Origin: a virus | Strand: one strand, 5' to 3' | IMG/VR virus record: IMGVR_UViG_3300012964_000002 | Span: 25,427 to 89,426 of that record | Length of the DNA: 64,000 nucleotides | Shown: piece after piece, positions 1-9,607 of the stretch | How positions within the stretch are numbered: position 1 is the stretch's first letter | Layout: each line of letters opens with the position of its first letter | Program-made: the position numbers and the translations under genes | Notes under the pieces: generated by a model | Seen by the model: the letters and a program-made list of their open reading frames with translations, nothing else | Database searches by the model: none | Told to the model about the DNA's origin: nothing

Positions 1-1
1 C

Positions 2-856
2 GGCGCGCGCACCGGGCGCTGCTCCTGCGTCGAGCCGAACCTCCAGAACATCCCGCGGACCTCCACCGACGAGGGGAAGATGGCGCGCAACATCTTCGCC
101 GCGCGCCCGGGCTGGGTGATGGTCCACTGCGACTTCGCGCAGCTCGAGTACCGCATCGCCGCCATGCTCTCCGGAGATCCGGAGATGCGCGCCATCCTGG
201 ACAAGGGGATCGACTTCCACACCGGCACCGCGATGGTGATCGCGCCCTACCTCTGGCACGTCACGTACACGGACCCGGGCCAGGTCGCGAAGGCGCACAG
301 GGACGACGCGAAGACCATCAACTTCGCGCTGCTCTACGGGCAGGGGGACGGGAGCACGGCGCGAAAGCTGCACACGTCGCTCGCGGAGGCGGAGCGGGTG
401 CGACTGGCGGTGCTCGGCAAGTTCCGCCTGCTCGCCCAGTGGATCAACCGCACGACGCGCGAGAGCAAGCTGTCGGGCTTCTCGCGGACGTGGTGGGACG
501 GGGCTCCCGCGCGCTGGCGCCCGATCTACTCCCTCGGAGACCCGGACGAGGGGCGGCGCGCGGACGGGGAGCGGCGCGCCGTGAACAGCCCGATTCAGGG
601 AACGGCGGCCGACTTCCTGAACGCCTCGATCGCGCTGGTCTCGGATTGGATCCGGGACAACGCGGCGCCGGCCGAGCTCTGCCTCGCCATCCACGACGCG
701 CTCCTCCTCCACGTCCGCGAGGACGCCGTCGAGGAGGTGGCGTGGAACGTGCGCCGTCTCATGCTCTCGCACCCGAGCAGCGGGATCCCGCTCGACGTGG
801 ACGTGGAGGTCGGTCGGGCGTGGGGAAGCCTCTCGAAGATCAAGCTGGCGGCGTGA
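2..856 (+). CDS. polA: Family A DNA polymerase, C-terminal part (5' truncated by window)
   Basis: RTGR..S..PNLQNIP from nt 2; motif A DFAQLEYR; motif B AKTINFALLYG; NSPIQGTAAD; motif C IHDALL. Confidence 0.95.
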   Translation, partial: GARTGRCSCVEPNLQNIPRTSTDEGKMARNIFAARPGWVMVHCDFAQLEYRIAAMLSGDPEMRAILDKGIDFHTGTAMVIAPYLWHVTYTDPGQVAKAHRDDAKTINFALLYGQGDGSTARKLHTSLAEAERVRLAVLGKFRLLAQWINRTTRESKLSGFSRTWWDGAPARWRPIYSLGDPDEGRRADGERRAVNSPIQGTAADFLNASIALVSDWIRDNAAPAELCLAIHDALLLHVREDAVEEVAWNVRRLMLSHPSSGIPLDVDVEVGRAWGSLSKIKLAA

Positions 857-906
857 CCGCCAAAACGCGGCCGGCGCGGGCAAGCCCGGTAAGGAGGAGG
901 AACACC

Positions 907-1389
907 ATGGTGGAGCAGAGGCAGATGACGCTTCCGGCGGACGACCCGGAGAAGTACCTGAGCGAGTGCACGAAGATCGAGCCGGTCGCCATCGACGAGG
1001 AGTTCATTCGGACGCCGTCGGACGTGGCGTTCTGGAACGCGCGGTTCGCGGACGCGCTCGAGGTCTACCTCAAGGCCAAGGCGCACATGGAGACGGAGTG
1101 GGCTCGCCTGCGCCTCCTCACGCGCGAGGAGCTGCTCGCCAAGGGAGAGAAGGCCACCGAGTCGGCCATCGACAACAACACGGAGGTCCGGCCGGAGTGG
1201 GCGGCGGCGCGCCTGACCTTCATCGAGGCGGAGGTTCAGAAGGCGCGGATCGCTGGCTCGTGCGAGGCGGTTCGCACCAAGAAGGAGATGCTCCAGAGCC
1301 TCGGCGCGAAGCTCCGCATCGAGATGGGGAGCGACCCGATGGTGCGCGCGGAGCAGGCGGCGGCCAGCGGCGCGGCGCGCGGGAGGTAG
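907..1389 (+). CDS. UvsY-like recombination mediator
   Basis: GGAGGAGG RBS then ATG 907; helical protein with KATESAID...EAVRTKKEMLQSLG; lies before SSB and RecA. Confidence 0.65.
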   Translation: MVEQRQMTLPADDPEKYLSECTKIEPVAIDEEFIRTPSDVAFWNARFADALEVYLKAKAHMETEWARLRLLTREELLAKGEKATESAIDNNTEVRPEWAAARLTFIEAEVQKARIAGSCEAVRTKKEMLQSLGAKLRIEMGSDPMVRAEQAAASGAARGR

Positions 1390-1494
1390 GGCGTCAGACG
1401 TCCGCGGGAAAATGCGCGGAGGAAAGGCAAGTCAGGAACGGAAGCGAGAGGCCAGAAGCCAGACCACAGACCCTAGACGAGAGCGAGAGACGAG

Positions 1495-2259
1495 ATGGCG
1501 AACATCGTGAAGCACGGGACGTTCACGGCCGAGGCGGCGGAGAAGGAGGAGCAGGAGATCCAGACCTCCGGCGCCTTCCTGAAGTTGGGCGTCGGGAAGA
1601 CGACGATCCGGGTCCTCCCGCCGCCCGCGGGGCAGAACCTCCCCTGGGTGAAGACTCAGGAGCACTTCATCAAGACGCCGGGGGCGCAGCGCGCGGCGAT
1701 CTTCGCCTGCCCGCGGGTGCTGGCGAAGCAGCCCTGCCCGGCGTGCGCGATCGCGGACAAGCTGAACAGCTCGGGCAACCCGGTGGACCGCGACCGCGCC
1801 TGGGAGTACCGCCCCAAGATGCGCGCGTACATGAACGTGATCGCGCGGAAGGAGCCCGAGAAGGGCGTGCAGGTGCTCGCGGTCGGCAAGACCATCCTCG
1901 AGAAGATGATCAAGATCCGGAAGGACGAGGACGCGGGCGGCGACTTCACCGACGTCGTCAACGGCTTCGACCTCATCATCGACCGCACGGGGACCGGGAA
2001 GAACGACACCGAGTACGAGGTGATGGCGTCCCGCAAGATCACGCCGCTCGGGGACGACAGCTGGCTGGACCAGGCCCACGACCTCACGCGGCACACGAAG
2101 GTCCGGACGGCCGCCGAGATCCAGGCCGAGCTCTCGGGCGAGGAGGAGAACGTCGCCGCCTCCGGGGCCCGCGACGTGGGCCGCGGCAGCACCGGCGGCG
2201 GGCAGCAGCGGCGCCGCACGGCGCAGGACGACATCGAGGATCCCGTCGACGCGACGTAG
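1495..2259 (+). CDS. T4 gp32-like ssDNA-binding protein
   Basis: IRVLPP...EHF...CP...CPAC zinc motif; GFDLIIDRTGTGKNDTEY; acidic C-terminal tail. Confidence 0.85.
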   Translation: MANIVKHGTFTAEAAEKEEQEIQTSGAFLKLGVGKTTIRVLPPPAGQNLPWVKTQEHFIKTPGAQRAAIFACPRVLAKQPCPACAIADKLNSSGNPVDRDRAWEYRPKMRAYMNVIARKEPEKGVQVLAVGKTILEKMIKIRKDEDAGGDFTDVVNGFDLIIDRTGTGKNDTEYEVMASRKITPLGDDSWLDQAHDLTRHTKVRTAAEIQAELSGEEENVAASGARDVGRGSTGGGQQRRRTAQDDIEDPVDAT

Positions 2260-2364
2260 TCGCGTCTCGGGCAGGGGTGCGCGGCCTCCCGCGCGCGTGG
2301 ACAGTGTGCGCTGCTCCGCGCGCGGGAGGCCCGCCCCGTTCTCTCAACCGCAAGGGAGGCATCC

Positions 2365-3408
2365 GTGGCCGGTCGTTCCGCTGGCGCGAAGGCGTTGAAG
2401 GACATCGCCGCCGCGATCAACAAGGCGTTCGGGAAGGGCGCCGCCCAGGTGCTCGGGGACGACGCGGAGGTCCGCGGCGAGGTGACGGACGTCATCCCTC
2501 TCGGCATCGGCGTTCTCGACAACTACGTGATCGGCGTGGGCGGGTTGCCCTGCGGGCGCGTCGTGGAGGTCTACTCGGAGGAGGGCGGGGGCAAGACGTC
2601 GCTGCTGCTCGCCGCGCTCGCCGGCGCGCAGCGGGAGGGCGGGCTCGCCGCGCTGGAGGAGACCGAGAACGCGCTCCAGACCGACCGCCTCGTCGTCTTC
2701 GGCGTGGACAAGGAGCAGCTCCTCGTGGCCCAGCCGGACTCGATGGAGGAGGTGCTTCAGGAGATGCAGCTCATCCTCGAGCACGCGCCGAAGGGCGGCG
2801 GGCCGATCCTGATCGGCTGGGACTCCGTGGCGGCCACGCCGACCGCGGCCGAGGTCGAGGGCGGGATCGCTCCCGACAAGGGGATGGACGTCCGCGCGAA
2901 GATCCTCTCCGCGGCGTTCCGCCAGCTCGTGCCGCTCGCCGCGGAGAAGCGGGCGTGCATCCTCGTCGTGAACCAGACGCGCGAGAAGATCGGCGTCATG
3001 TTCGGAGACAAGACGACGACGCCGGGCGGGAAGGCCATCAAGTTCGCGGCGAGCGTCCGCCTCCAGATCCTAGGCGGCAAGGCGGTGAAGCGCGGCGAGG
3101 GGCACGTCGGCAAGGACGTGACCATCATCGCGTCGAAGAACAAGCTCGCCCCGCCGTGGCGGAAGGCGCGCGTCCGGCTCTCCTACGACTCCGGCTGGGA
3201 CGACGAGTGGTCGACGCTCGAGTTCGCCAAGGACTTGCAGATCATCGAGCAGGACGCGAGGGGGGAGCAGGCGCTCGCGGAGGCGCGCGAGAAGCTCGCC
3301 GCGTGCGGCTGGAGCCCCTCGCGCGTGACGCAGGAGATGCTCGTCGACCCGTCCGCGTCGCGGAAAAAGAAGGACGACGAGGGCAAGAACACGGGACAGG
3401 AGGATTGA
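2365..3408 (+). CDS. recA: RecA/UvsX recombinase
   Basis: GGLPCGRVVEVYSEEGGGKT (Walker A), DSVAA, NQTREKIGVMFG, TTPGGKAIKFAASVRL. Confidence 0.95.
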   Translation: MAGRSAGAKALKDIAAAINKAFGKGAAQVLGDDAEVRGEVTDVIPLGIGVLDNYVIGVGGLPCGRVVEVYSEEGGGKTSLLLAALAGAQREGGLAALEETENALQTDRLVVFGVDKEQLLVAQPDSMEEVLQEMQLILEHAPKGGGPILIGWDSVAATPTAAEVEGGIAPDKGMDVRAKILSAAFRQLVPLAAEKRACILVVNQTREKIGVMFGDKTTTPGGKAIKFAASVRLQILGGKAVKRGEGHVGKDVTIIASKNKLAPPWRKARVRLSYDSGWDDEWSTLEFAKDLQIIEQDARGEQALAEAREKLAACGWSPSRVTQEMLVDPSASRKKKDDEGKNTGQED

Positions 3409-3409
3409 C

Positions 3410-4282
3410 ATGGCGGCGAACGGACCTGGTTGGAAGATCGAGTGGGTGAAGTTCACGAAGGCCGACGCGCAGCAGGCGTTGGCGAAGTTCAAGGAAGATC
3501 GCGGCGTCGACGCGGCATGGGTTGACGCGCTCTCTCGCACGATGGACGCCGGGCTGTGGGAGGTCTACAGCCCGTCGCAGACGCCGATCGCGTTCGACCG
3601 TGGCGGCAACAGGCTGAACGGCAAGCACCGCCTCCTCGCGTTCATCAAGTCGAAGCTCGACGAGATCATCTTCCCCGTCGTTCGCAACCTCGACCCGGAC
3701 GAGTTCCGCAACTTCGACCAGAACGTGAAGCTGCGGAAGCATACCAACGCCCACCCTGGGCACATCAACCTTTTCCGCGACGAGGCGCGCGTCGGCTGGC
3801 TCGAGGTGATCGTTTCGGCGGACAAGAGCGTCAAGATGACCACTCAGCTGTTCGACCACCTGTGCGGTGGGAAGTGGAAGCGTCAGGTCAGGTGGGCCAC
3901 GGACAAGCTTCAGTCCCAGTCCAGGCAGGGCAAGGCTCCCTACGCCGCGGCCTTCATGTACGTTCATCGGCTGGATCCGGTGTTCGCTGACAAGGTCGTC
4001 GAGATGTGGCGCGACGGTCCGGACGGGAGCAAGCATCCGCACCTTCGTCGGATCCGCGACCGCGCGATGTCCGTGACGAAGAACGGTCACGGGGGGCGCG
4101 GGGAGCGCGAGGTGGACATGCTTCGTCTTCTTGGTGTGCTCGCGTACATGCATCAGGACAGGCCGCTTCCTAACAGGCTGTCGAACATTCTGGTCGGGAT
4201 CCGCTACTTCTCCGAGAAGCTGCGGGACGGGGCTGCCGCCCGCTGGGAAAAGCGGACGATTGTCGGGGCGGATGAGGTGTGA
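3410..4282 (+). CDS. ParB/DGQHR-like N-terminal domain protein
   Basis: IAFDRGGNRLNGKHRLLA resembles the ParB-like DGQHRL motif; lower-GC codon usage. Confidence 0.55.
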   Translation: MAANGPGWKIEWVKFTKADAQQALAKFKEDRGVDAAWVDALSRTMDAGLWEVYSPSQTPIAFDRGGNRLNGKHRLLAFIKSKLDEIIFPVVRNLDPDEFRNFDQNVKLRKHTNAHPGHINLFRDEARVGWLEVIVSADKSVKMTTQLFDHLCGGKWKRQVRWATDKLQSQSRQGKAPYAAAFMYVHRLDPVFADKVVEMWRDGPDGSKHPHLRRIRDRAMSVTKNGHGGRGEREVDMLRLLGVLAYMHQDRPLPNRLSNILVGIRYFSEKLRDGAAARWEKRTIVGADEV

Positions 4283-5037
4283 TCGTGGACTCCGGGCTCA
4301 TCAGGATCGGGAACATCGAGGTTCATCCGGCGGCGCGCCTGTTTCCGGAGATGGGGGAGGATGACCTTCGCGAGCTGTACGAGAGCGTCAAGGTCAACGG
4401 TGTGCGGTCTCCCCTCCAATTCTTTGAGGGGAAGCTTCTCGACGGGCGAAACCGTGTCCGCGCGGCGCTCATGGCGGGTCTCGACGTCGCGAATCTGCCG
4501 CGTCGCAACCTCAGTCCTGACACGGATCCGTTTCAGTATGCGTGGGACGCGAACTGCGAGCGGCTCAACTACGCCCCGAAGACGAAGGCGGACATCGCCG
4601 TCAAGATCGCCGAGGCCTCCGGAGAGCTCGCGCGCCTGCGCGCCGGGGCGGCGGCGAGGGCGAACGCCTCCCGGTCGGAGAAGGCGAAGGCGCAGATCGC
4701 GGAGCAGCCGCGGGACGGCGCGGGGAAGGTGAGGCCGGGTGGAGCGCCACGTGACGCTCGACCCGGCCTGCCTCCCCCGCCGCGGAAGATCGCCAAGGAG
4801 ATCGCGGAGAAGGCGGGCGTGAGCACGCGGACGGCGGAGCGCGCGCTGCGGCGGCGGAGGGAGGGCCCGGAGGCCCTCGACGGCGTCGCCGACGGGCCCC
4901 CCGCGCGCACCAAGCGGCGCCCCTCGAAGTGGAGCGTCCCGCGCGACGTCGGCGACATGGCGAAGTTTCTGCGCGAGCGGCTCACGCTGGCTGAGATCAC
5001 GCGGCTCGTCAAGCTCCTGACGGAGAGCAAGTTATGA
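4279..5037 (+). CDS. ParB-like N-terminal domain plus C-terminal HTH
   Basis: HPAARLFPEM...LLDGRNRVRA; IAEKAGVSTRTAERA HTH. Confidence 0.7.
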   Translation: MIVDSGLIRIGNIEVHPAARLFPEMGEDDLRELYESVKVNGVRSPLQFFEGKLLDGRNRVRAALMAGLDVANLPRRNLSPDTDPFQYAWDANCERLNYAPKTKADIAVKIAEASGELARLRAGAAARANASRSEKAKAQIAEQPRDGAGKVRPGGAPRDARPGLPPPPRKIAKEIAEKAGVSTRTAERALRRRREGPEALDGVADGPPARTKRRPSKWSVPRDVGDMAKFLRERLTLAEITRLVKLLTESKL

Positions 5038-6158
5038 GAGTGGGTCTGATCGCTGACGTACACCTCGGGAACCACCGCCGGTTCGGCGGCCCGCTCGAGG
5101 CCGGCCTGAACCGCAGGTGCCGGCAGGCGGTGGCGGCGCTCCGGAACGCCGCGGAGGAGGCGGGCCGCCAGAAGTGCGACGCGCTCGTGGTCGCCGGCGA
5201 CCTCTTCGACTCGGCGCGTCCGGAGCCGCAGGTGATCGCCGCCGCGATGCGAGCGCTCCGCGCCGGCCCGCCCGCTCTCGTCCTCAAGGGCAACCACGAC
5301 AGCGTCAGCGACGCGCCCGGGGACAACGCGCTCGGCCCGCTGACGCAGGGGATGTTCGACGTCTTTGAGCGGCCGGCGCGCGTTCCGGGAGCGGGCGTGG
5401 ACCTCCTCCTCGTGCCCTTCCGCGCGGGGGACGCGCGGGAGTGGCTGCCGTCCGCGGTCGACGAGGCGCTGGGGAAGATCAAGGTGCCGAGGCGGCGCGT
5501 CGAGCTGGCCCTGTTCGTCCACCTCGGGATCGCTGACGACGACACGCCGGAGTGGCTGCGCGGCTCCCGCGACTCCGTGGACGTCTCGACGCTGGAGAAG
5601 TTGTGCGCGGAACGCGGGATCTCCTTCGTCGGCGCCGGCAACTGGCACAACCCCGAGAGCTGGCAGATGGACGGGGGTGGTCAGATCGTGCAGGTCGGCG
5701 CGCTCTGCCCCACCGGGTTCGACAACGAGGGGCTCGACTGCGGGAGCCTGGCGGTCTGGGACTCCGAGACGGGGGAGGTCGCGCGGCACGAGATCCCCGG
5801 GCCGCGCTTTCTTCGTCTGAACGTTGGCTGGGCGAGCGCAGAGGCCGCGCGCCTGGCGACCAAGGCGGGGCACGGAGTCTACGCGGAGATCGTGCACTCT
5901 CCGGACCTCGCCGCCGAGGCGGCAACGCGCCTGCGGACGCTGATCGACGAGGGTTCGCTGATCGACGGCGAGCTCCGTCCGGACGGCGACGTGGCGGAGG
6001 CGGCCGCGCGGAGCGCCGCGGCCGCCGTGCGCGGGGCGGACACGCTCGACGCCGCGCTCGCCGGCTACGTGGGCGAGATGCAGCTCGAGGACGGCGTCGT
6101 GCGGACCGCCGTCTTGGAGCGCGCCAAGAAGTACCTGGCCGCCGCGGAGGAGCGATGA
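5034..6158 (+). CDS. Mre11/SbcD-like metallophosphoesterase nuclease
   Basis: ADVHLG, AGDLFD, GNHD, GNWH motifs; upstream of Rad50-like ATPase. Confidence 0.9.
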   Translation: MRVGLIADVHLGNHRRFGGPLEAGLNRRCRQAVAALRNAAEEAGRQKCDALVVAGDLFDSARPEPQVIAAAMRALRAGPPALVLKGNHDSVSDAPGDNALGPLTQGMFDVFERPARVPGAGVDLLLVPFRAGDAREWLPSAVDEALGKIKVPRRRVELALFVHLGIADDDTPEWLRGSRDSVDVSTLEKLCAERGISFVGAGNWHNPESWQMDGGGQIVQVGALCPTGFDNEGLDCGSLAVWDSETGEVARHEIPGPRFLRLNVGWASAEAARLATKAGHGVYAEIVHSPDLAAEAATRLRTLIDEGSLIDGELRPDGDVAEAAARSAAAAVRGADTLDAALAGYVGEMQLEDGVVRTAVLERAKKYLAAAEER

Positions 6159-6391
6159 GCGGACGAAGGGGGTTTGGAGTCCTGCTGCTGGGAGACGGGG
6201 TGCCCGGCTTCCTCGCGCCCGACTTGCTCGCGGCAGGTGGGGAGGTCTTCGCAAGCGAGGCGGTCGCGGAGCGGTGGATTCTGGCCTCCGCCGACGCGCT
6301 GCGCAAGCTTCGCCTGAGCGCCCGCGTCGTGGCGGTGGCCCGGTGCGGGGAGTGCGGGCACGTCAGGCGCGTGCCGGAAGGGGGTGGATGA
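6155..6391 (+). CDS. Small hypothetical protein with CxxC
   Basis: ATGA overlap with upstream stop; CGEC. Confidence 0.5.
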   Translation: MSGRRGFGVLLLGDGVPGFLAPDLLAAGGEVFASEAVAERWILASADALRKLRLSARVVAVARCGECGHVRRVPEGGG

Positions 6392-6576
6392 TGGAGCGCG
6401 GCGGCGACTTCGGCCACAGCAGCGCGTGCAGGTGCGGAGCGCAGGGCAAGTCCGTTCACGAGATGGGGAAGTGCCCGCACCTGTTCCACGCCTGCGCGGA
6501 GGCGTGCGGGAGGCAGTACGCGGCCGCGGCCAAGACCGGCTTCGCGGCGCGTGAGCTCGGCAAGGAGTGTTCGTGA
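6388..6576 (+). CDS. Small Cys/His-rich hypothetical protein
   Basis: Translationally coupled; CRC..H...CPH...C..AC. Confidence 0.5.
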   Translation: MMERGGDFGHSSACRCGAQGKSVHEMGKCPHLFHACAEACGRQYAAAAKTGFAARELGKECS

Positions 6577-6845
6577 TGCGTGTTCCGTTCGCGTTCGTGG
6601 TGACGGTGGACGACGGTGGCGTGTGGAGCGCCGCGCAGATCGAGGGTCCGGCTCTGTCGATGGGGACCGGCAGCAACATCCCGGGGCCGTGGCTGCACGA
6701 GCAGCCGCTCAACCTCAACTGCAACGGCTTGTCGATCCACTACCGCAACCGCCTCAACTCCTTCGAGGACGCGATCGCGTTTCTGCGGGAGCGGGTCGCC
6801 GGCGAGGCCGCGAAGCTGCTCGGCACGAAGGGAGGTCAGGGGTGA
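6576..6845 (+). CDS. Hypothetical protein
   Basis: Coupled ORF; C-terminal FLRERVAGEAAKLLG helix. Confidence 0.55.
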   Translation: MRVPFAFVVTVDDGGVWSAAQIEGPALSMGTGSNIPGPWLHEQPLNLNCNGLSIHYRNRLNSFEDAIAFLRERVAGEAAKLLGTKGGQG

Positions 6846-7024
6846 GCTACGTGATTCAGCGGGAGGACGGGATGTTCGTGGCGCCGTCTGGCATGGCCAG
6901 GTCGTACACGTCGATGCTTCAGCGCGCGCGCCTGTTCCCGTCCAGGGAGGCGGCCCAGAGCGAGGCGTGCGGGAACGAGCGGGTGCTCTCGCTGGAGGAG
7001 GCGGCCGCGGGGAGGCTTCCGTGA
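6842..7024 (+). CDS. Small hypothetical protein
   Basis: GTGA overlaps at both ends. Confidence 0.5.
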   Translation: MSYVIQREDGMFVAPSGMARSYTSMLQRARLFPSREAAQSEACGNERVLSLEEAAAGRLP

Positions 7025-8694
7025 ACGTCCGCCGCCTCGAGCTCGTGAACGTGCTCGGCCACAAGAGGACCGAGCTGAACCTCCCGGAGCGCGGCGTGGT
7101 TCTCGTGACGGGCCCGAACGGCGCCGGGAAGTCGGCGCTGCCCGAGGCCGCCTCGTACGCGGTCTGGGGAAAGACCCTGCGCGGCACGCCGCCCTGGCGC
7201 AAGGACGGGTCTCCCGGGACCGTGGCGTGCGCGGCGGACTCCGTGGACGTCACGCGGGAGCGCTCCGGCTCCCGCGTCGGCCTGAGCTGGAAGGTTCCGG
7301 GCGACGAGGACCCGGCCGAGTTCGACACGACCACCAAGGCGCAGGAGGCGCTGGAGCACGTCGTCGGCTCGTGGGACGTCTGGCGGCGAACGTGCGTGTT
7401 CTCCTCCGCGGACGCCTCCCACTTCTCCGGGGCGACCGACGGGGAGCGGAAGCGCTTGCTCGAGGAGATCCTGGGGCTGGGTCGCTTCGACGTCGCGCTC
7501 GCCGCGTGCCGCGCGGACCTCAGGGCGGTGGAGACGCGCCGCTCGGCGGCCGACGGTGACGCGCGGGTCTTGCGGGAGCGGGTTCAGCGGATGAAGGACA
7601 GCCTGGGGCAGGCCCGCGCCTCGCTGCGCGCGCTTCCGGCGGCCCCGCCGCTCCCGACTTCCGCGTCCGCGGACCTCCTCCGGCTGAAGCTGGACAAGCT
7701 CAGGCAGAGCCGCGCCACCTGCGACCGCGAGCTCGCCACGGCGCAGGCGGCGCTTCGGTCCGCGGAGGCGCGCCGCGGGGCCGCCGAGAGCACGGTCGCC
7801 GCCCTGGAGCGGCAGGCGGCACGCACGAAGGAGAGCGTCTGCCACACCTGCGGGCAGACTATCAACGCGGGGCAGCGCGCGAAGATCGAGGCGGAGCTGG
7901 GCGCCGCGCGCGGGGAGGCGGCGAAGGCCGGAGGAGTCGCCACCGCCGCCGCGGACGAGGTGGCGGAGTCGGTCAAGGATCTGGAGGCGGAGCGTCAGGA
8001 CATCGACGAGGCCCTCCACCGCGTCCAGAAGGAGCAGAGCGCCGCGGAGGAGGCGGCCCGCTCCGCGCGGGCGCGCGAGACCCTGACCGCGCAGGCGGAC
8101 CAGGCGGAGAAGCACCTCAAGGGCGGGGAAGAGGAGCTGTTCAAGGCCGAGGCCGCGCTTGCCGTCGCCGTCTCCGAGGCGGCCGTCCTCGGCGCCGTCG
8201 AGCAGGTCTTGGGACTGCGCGGCGTGCGGGCGTCCATCCTCGGGCGCGCTCTCTCCGGGCTCGAGGTGGCGGTCAACGCGCGGGTCGCGCGCCTCTTCCG
8301 GGGTGGGGGCGTCGCGGTCGAGCTCAAGGCGTGGTCGGAGAAGAAGACGGGCGGGATCTCCGACGCCATCAGCATGGCCGTCTCGGGAGTGGGGGACGGG
8401 CACGGGTACAAGGCGGCGAGCCAGGGGCAGCGGCGCCGCCTCGACGTGGCGATGCTCCTCGCTCTCGCGGACGTCGCGGCCGCGGCGCACGGCGCGCGCG
8501 CCGGAACCATCTGGATGGACGAGGTCTTCGACGCGCTGGACCCGGAGGGAGAGGACGCCGTCTGCGGGCTGCTGCCGGAGATCGCGGCGGAGCGCTGCGT
8601 GGTGGTGATCACCCACTCCCCCTCCCTCGTTCAGCGGCTCCCTGCTACGATGCGAGTTCAGGTGGCGGACGGCGGCAAGCTGTCCGTCTCGTGA
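7021..8694 (+). CDS. Rad50/SbcC-like ATPase
   Basis: GPNGAGKS Walker A, coiled coil with CHTC zinc hook, ASQGQRRR signature, MDEVFDALD Walker B, VVITH. Confidence 0.92.
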   Translation: MNVRRLELVNVLGHKRTELNLPERGVVLVTGPNGAGKSALPEAASYAVWGKTLRGTPPWRKDGSPGTVACAADSVDVTRERSGSRVGLSWKVPGDEDPAEFDTTTKAQEALEHVVGSWDVWRRTCVFSSADASHFSGATDGERKRLLEEILGLGRFDVALAACRADLRAVETRRSAADGDARVLRERVQRMKDSLGQARASLRALPAAPPLPTSASADLLRLKLDKLRQSRATCDRELATAQAALRSAEARRGAAESTVAALERQAARTKESVCHTCGQTINAGQRAKIEAELGAARGEAAKAGGVATAAADEVAESVKDLEAERQDIDEALHRVQKEQSAAEEAARSARARETLTAQADQAEKHLKGGEEELFKAEAALAVAVSEAAVLGAVEQVLGLRGVRASILGRALSGLEVAVNARVARLFRGGGVAVELKAWSEKKTGGISDAISMAVSGVGDGHGYKAASQGQRRRLDVAMLLALADVAAAAHGARAGTIWMDEVFDALDPEGEDAVCGLLPEIAAERCVVVITHSPSLVQRLPATMRVQVADGGKLSVS

Positions 8695-8705
8695 GGAGGT
8701 CCGAC

Positions 8706-8897
8706 GTGGACCAGCGCCCCGGCTTCTGCAAGCACGTCAAGGTGTGCCCCGGAGATCCCGAGGAGCGCGTCGTCAAGTTGCCGTGCGGGAACCACGCGCG
8801 GGATGGGGCGGACTTCTGCTACGTGCACGACCCGAAGACGAAGAGGCGGCGCGATGAGAGCGCGGCCCGCGTCTCGGTGCTGATGCGGGCGCGCTGA
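8706..8897 (+). CDS. Small zinc-finger protein
   Basis: GAGGAGG RBS; C...C...C...CYVH. Confidence 0.5.
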   Translation: MDQRPGFCKHVKVCPGDPEERVVKLPCGNHARDGADFCYVHDPKTKRRRDESAARVSVLMRAR

Positions 8898-8908
8898 GGA
8901 GGTGCATC

Positions 8909-9607
8909 GTGGAGCAGCCGAAGGTTCACTGGGTCCCGATCGAGCAGACGCGGCCCCACCCTCGCAACTACCGCAAGCACCCGGAGGACCAGCTCGAGCA
9001 CATCGTCGCGTCGCTCCGTCAGCACGGGTTCTACCGCAACGTCGTGCTCGCCCGCGACGGGACGGTCCTCGCCGGGCACGGCGTGCGCGAGGCGACGGAG
9101 AGGATGAAGGGCACGCACCTTCCCGCCATCGTCCTCGACCTCGACCCGAACGACCCCCGCGCGCTGAAGGTGCTCGCGGGCGATAACGAGATCGGGAAGC
9201 TGGCCGAGACGGACGACCGCGCCCTGACCGAGCTCCTGAAGGAGGTTCTCCGGTCCGACGACGCGTTCGGGAAGCTCTCCGGGACCGGGTTCAACGAGGA
9301 GCAGCTCGCGGCGCTCGTCTTCACGACGCGGCCGGCCAGCGAGGTTCAGAGCATGGACGAGGCGGCCGCCTGGGTCGGGATGCCTGAGTACGAGGAGGGC
9401 GGCAGCACGATCAAGCTGGTCATCTCCTTCAAGTCGGACGAGGACCGCGCGCGCTTCCTCGCGGAGACGGGCATCCGCATCGACAAGAGCGCCATCAAGG
9501 GCAGCACGTGGTCGACGCGCTGGCCGTGGACCGACCGCGAGGACTCCGCGTCCGTGCGCTTCGAGACGAAGGAGGAGCCCCCGCCCGCGCCTCCCGAGGC
9601 GGCGTGA
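8909..9607 (+). CDS. ParB-like domain protein of the modification cluster
   Basis: PHPRNYRKH...SLRQHGF...VLAGHG...ALKVLAGDN. Confidence 0.8.
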   Translation: MEQPKVHWVPIEQTRPHPRNYRKHPEDQLEHIVASLRQHGFYRNVVLARDGTVLAGHGVREATERMKGTHLPAIVLDLDPNDPRALKVLAGDNEIGKLAETDDRALTELLKEVLRSDDAFGKLSGTGFNEEQLAALVFTTRPASEVQSMDEAAAWVGMPEYEEGGSTIKLVISFKSDEDRARFLAETGIRIDKSAIKGSTWSTRWPWTDREDSASVRFETKEEPPPAPPEAA

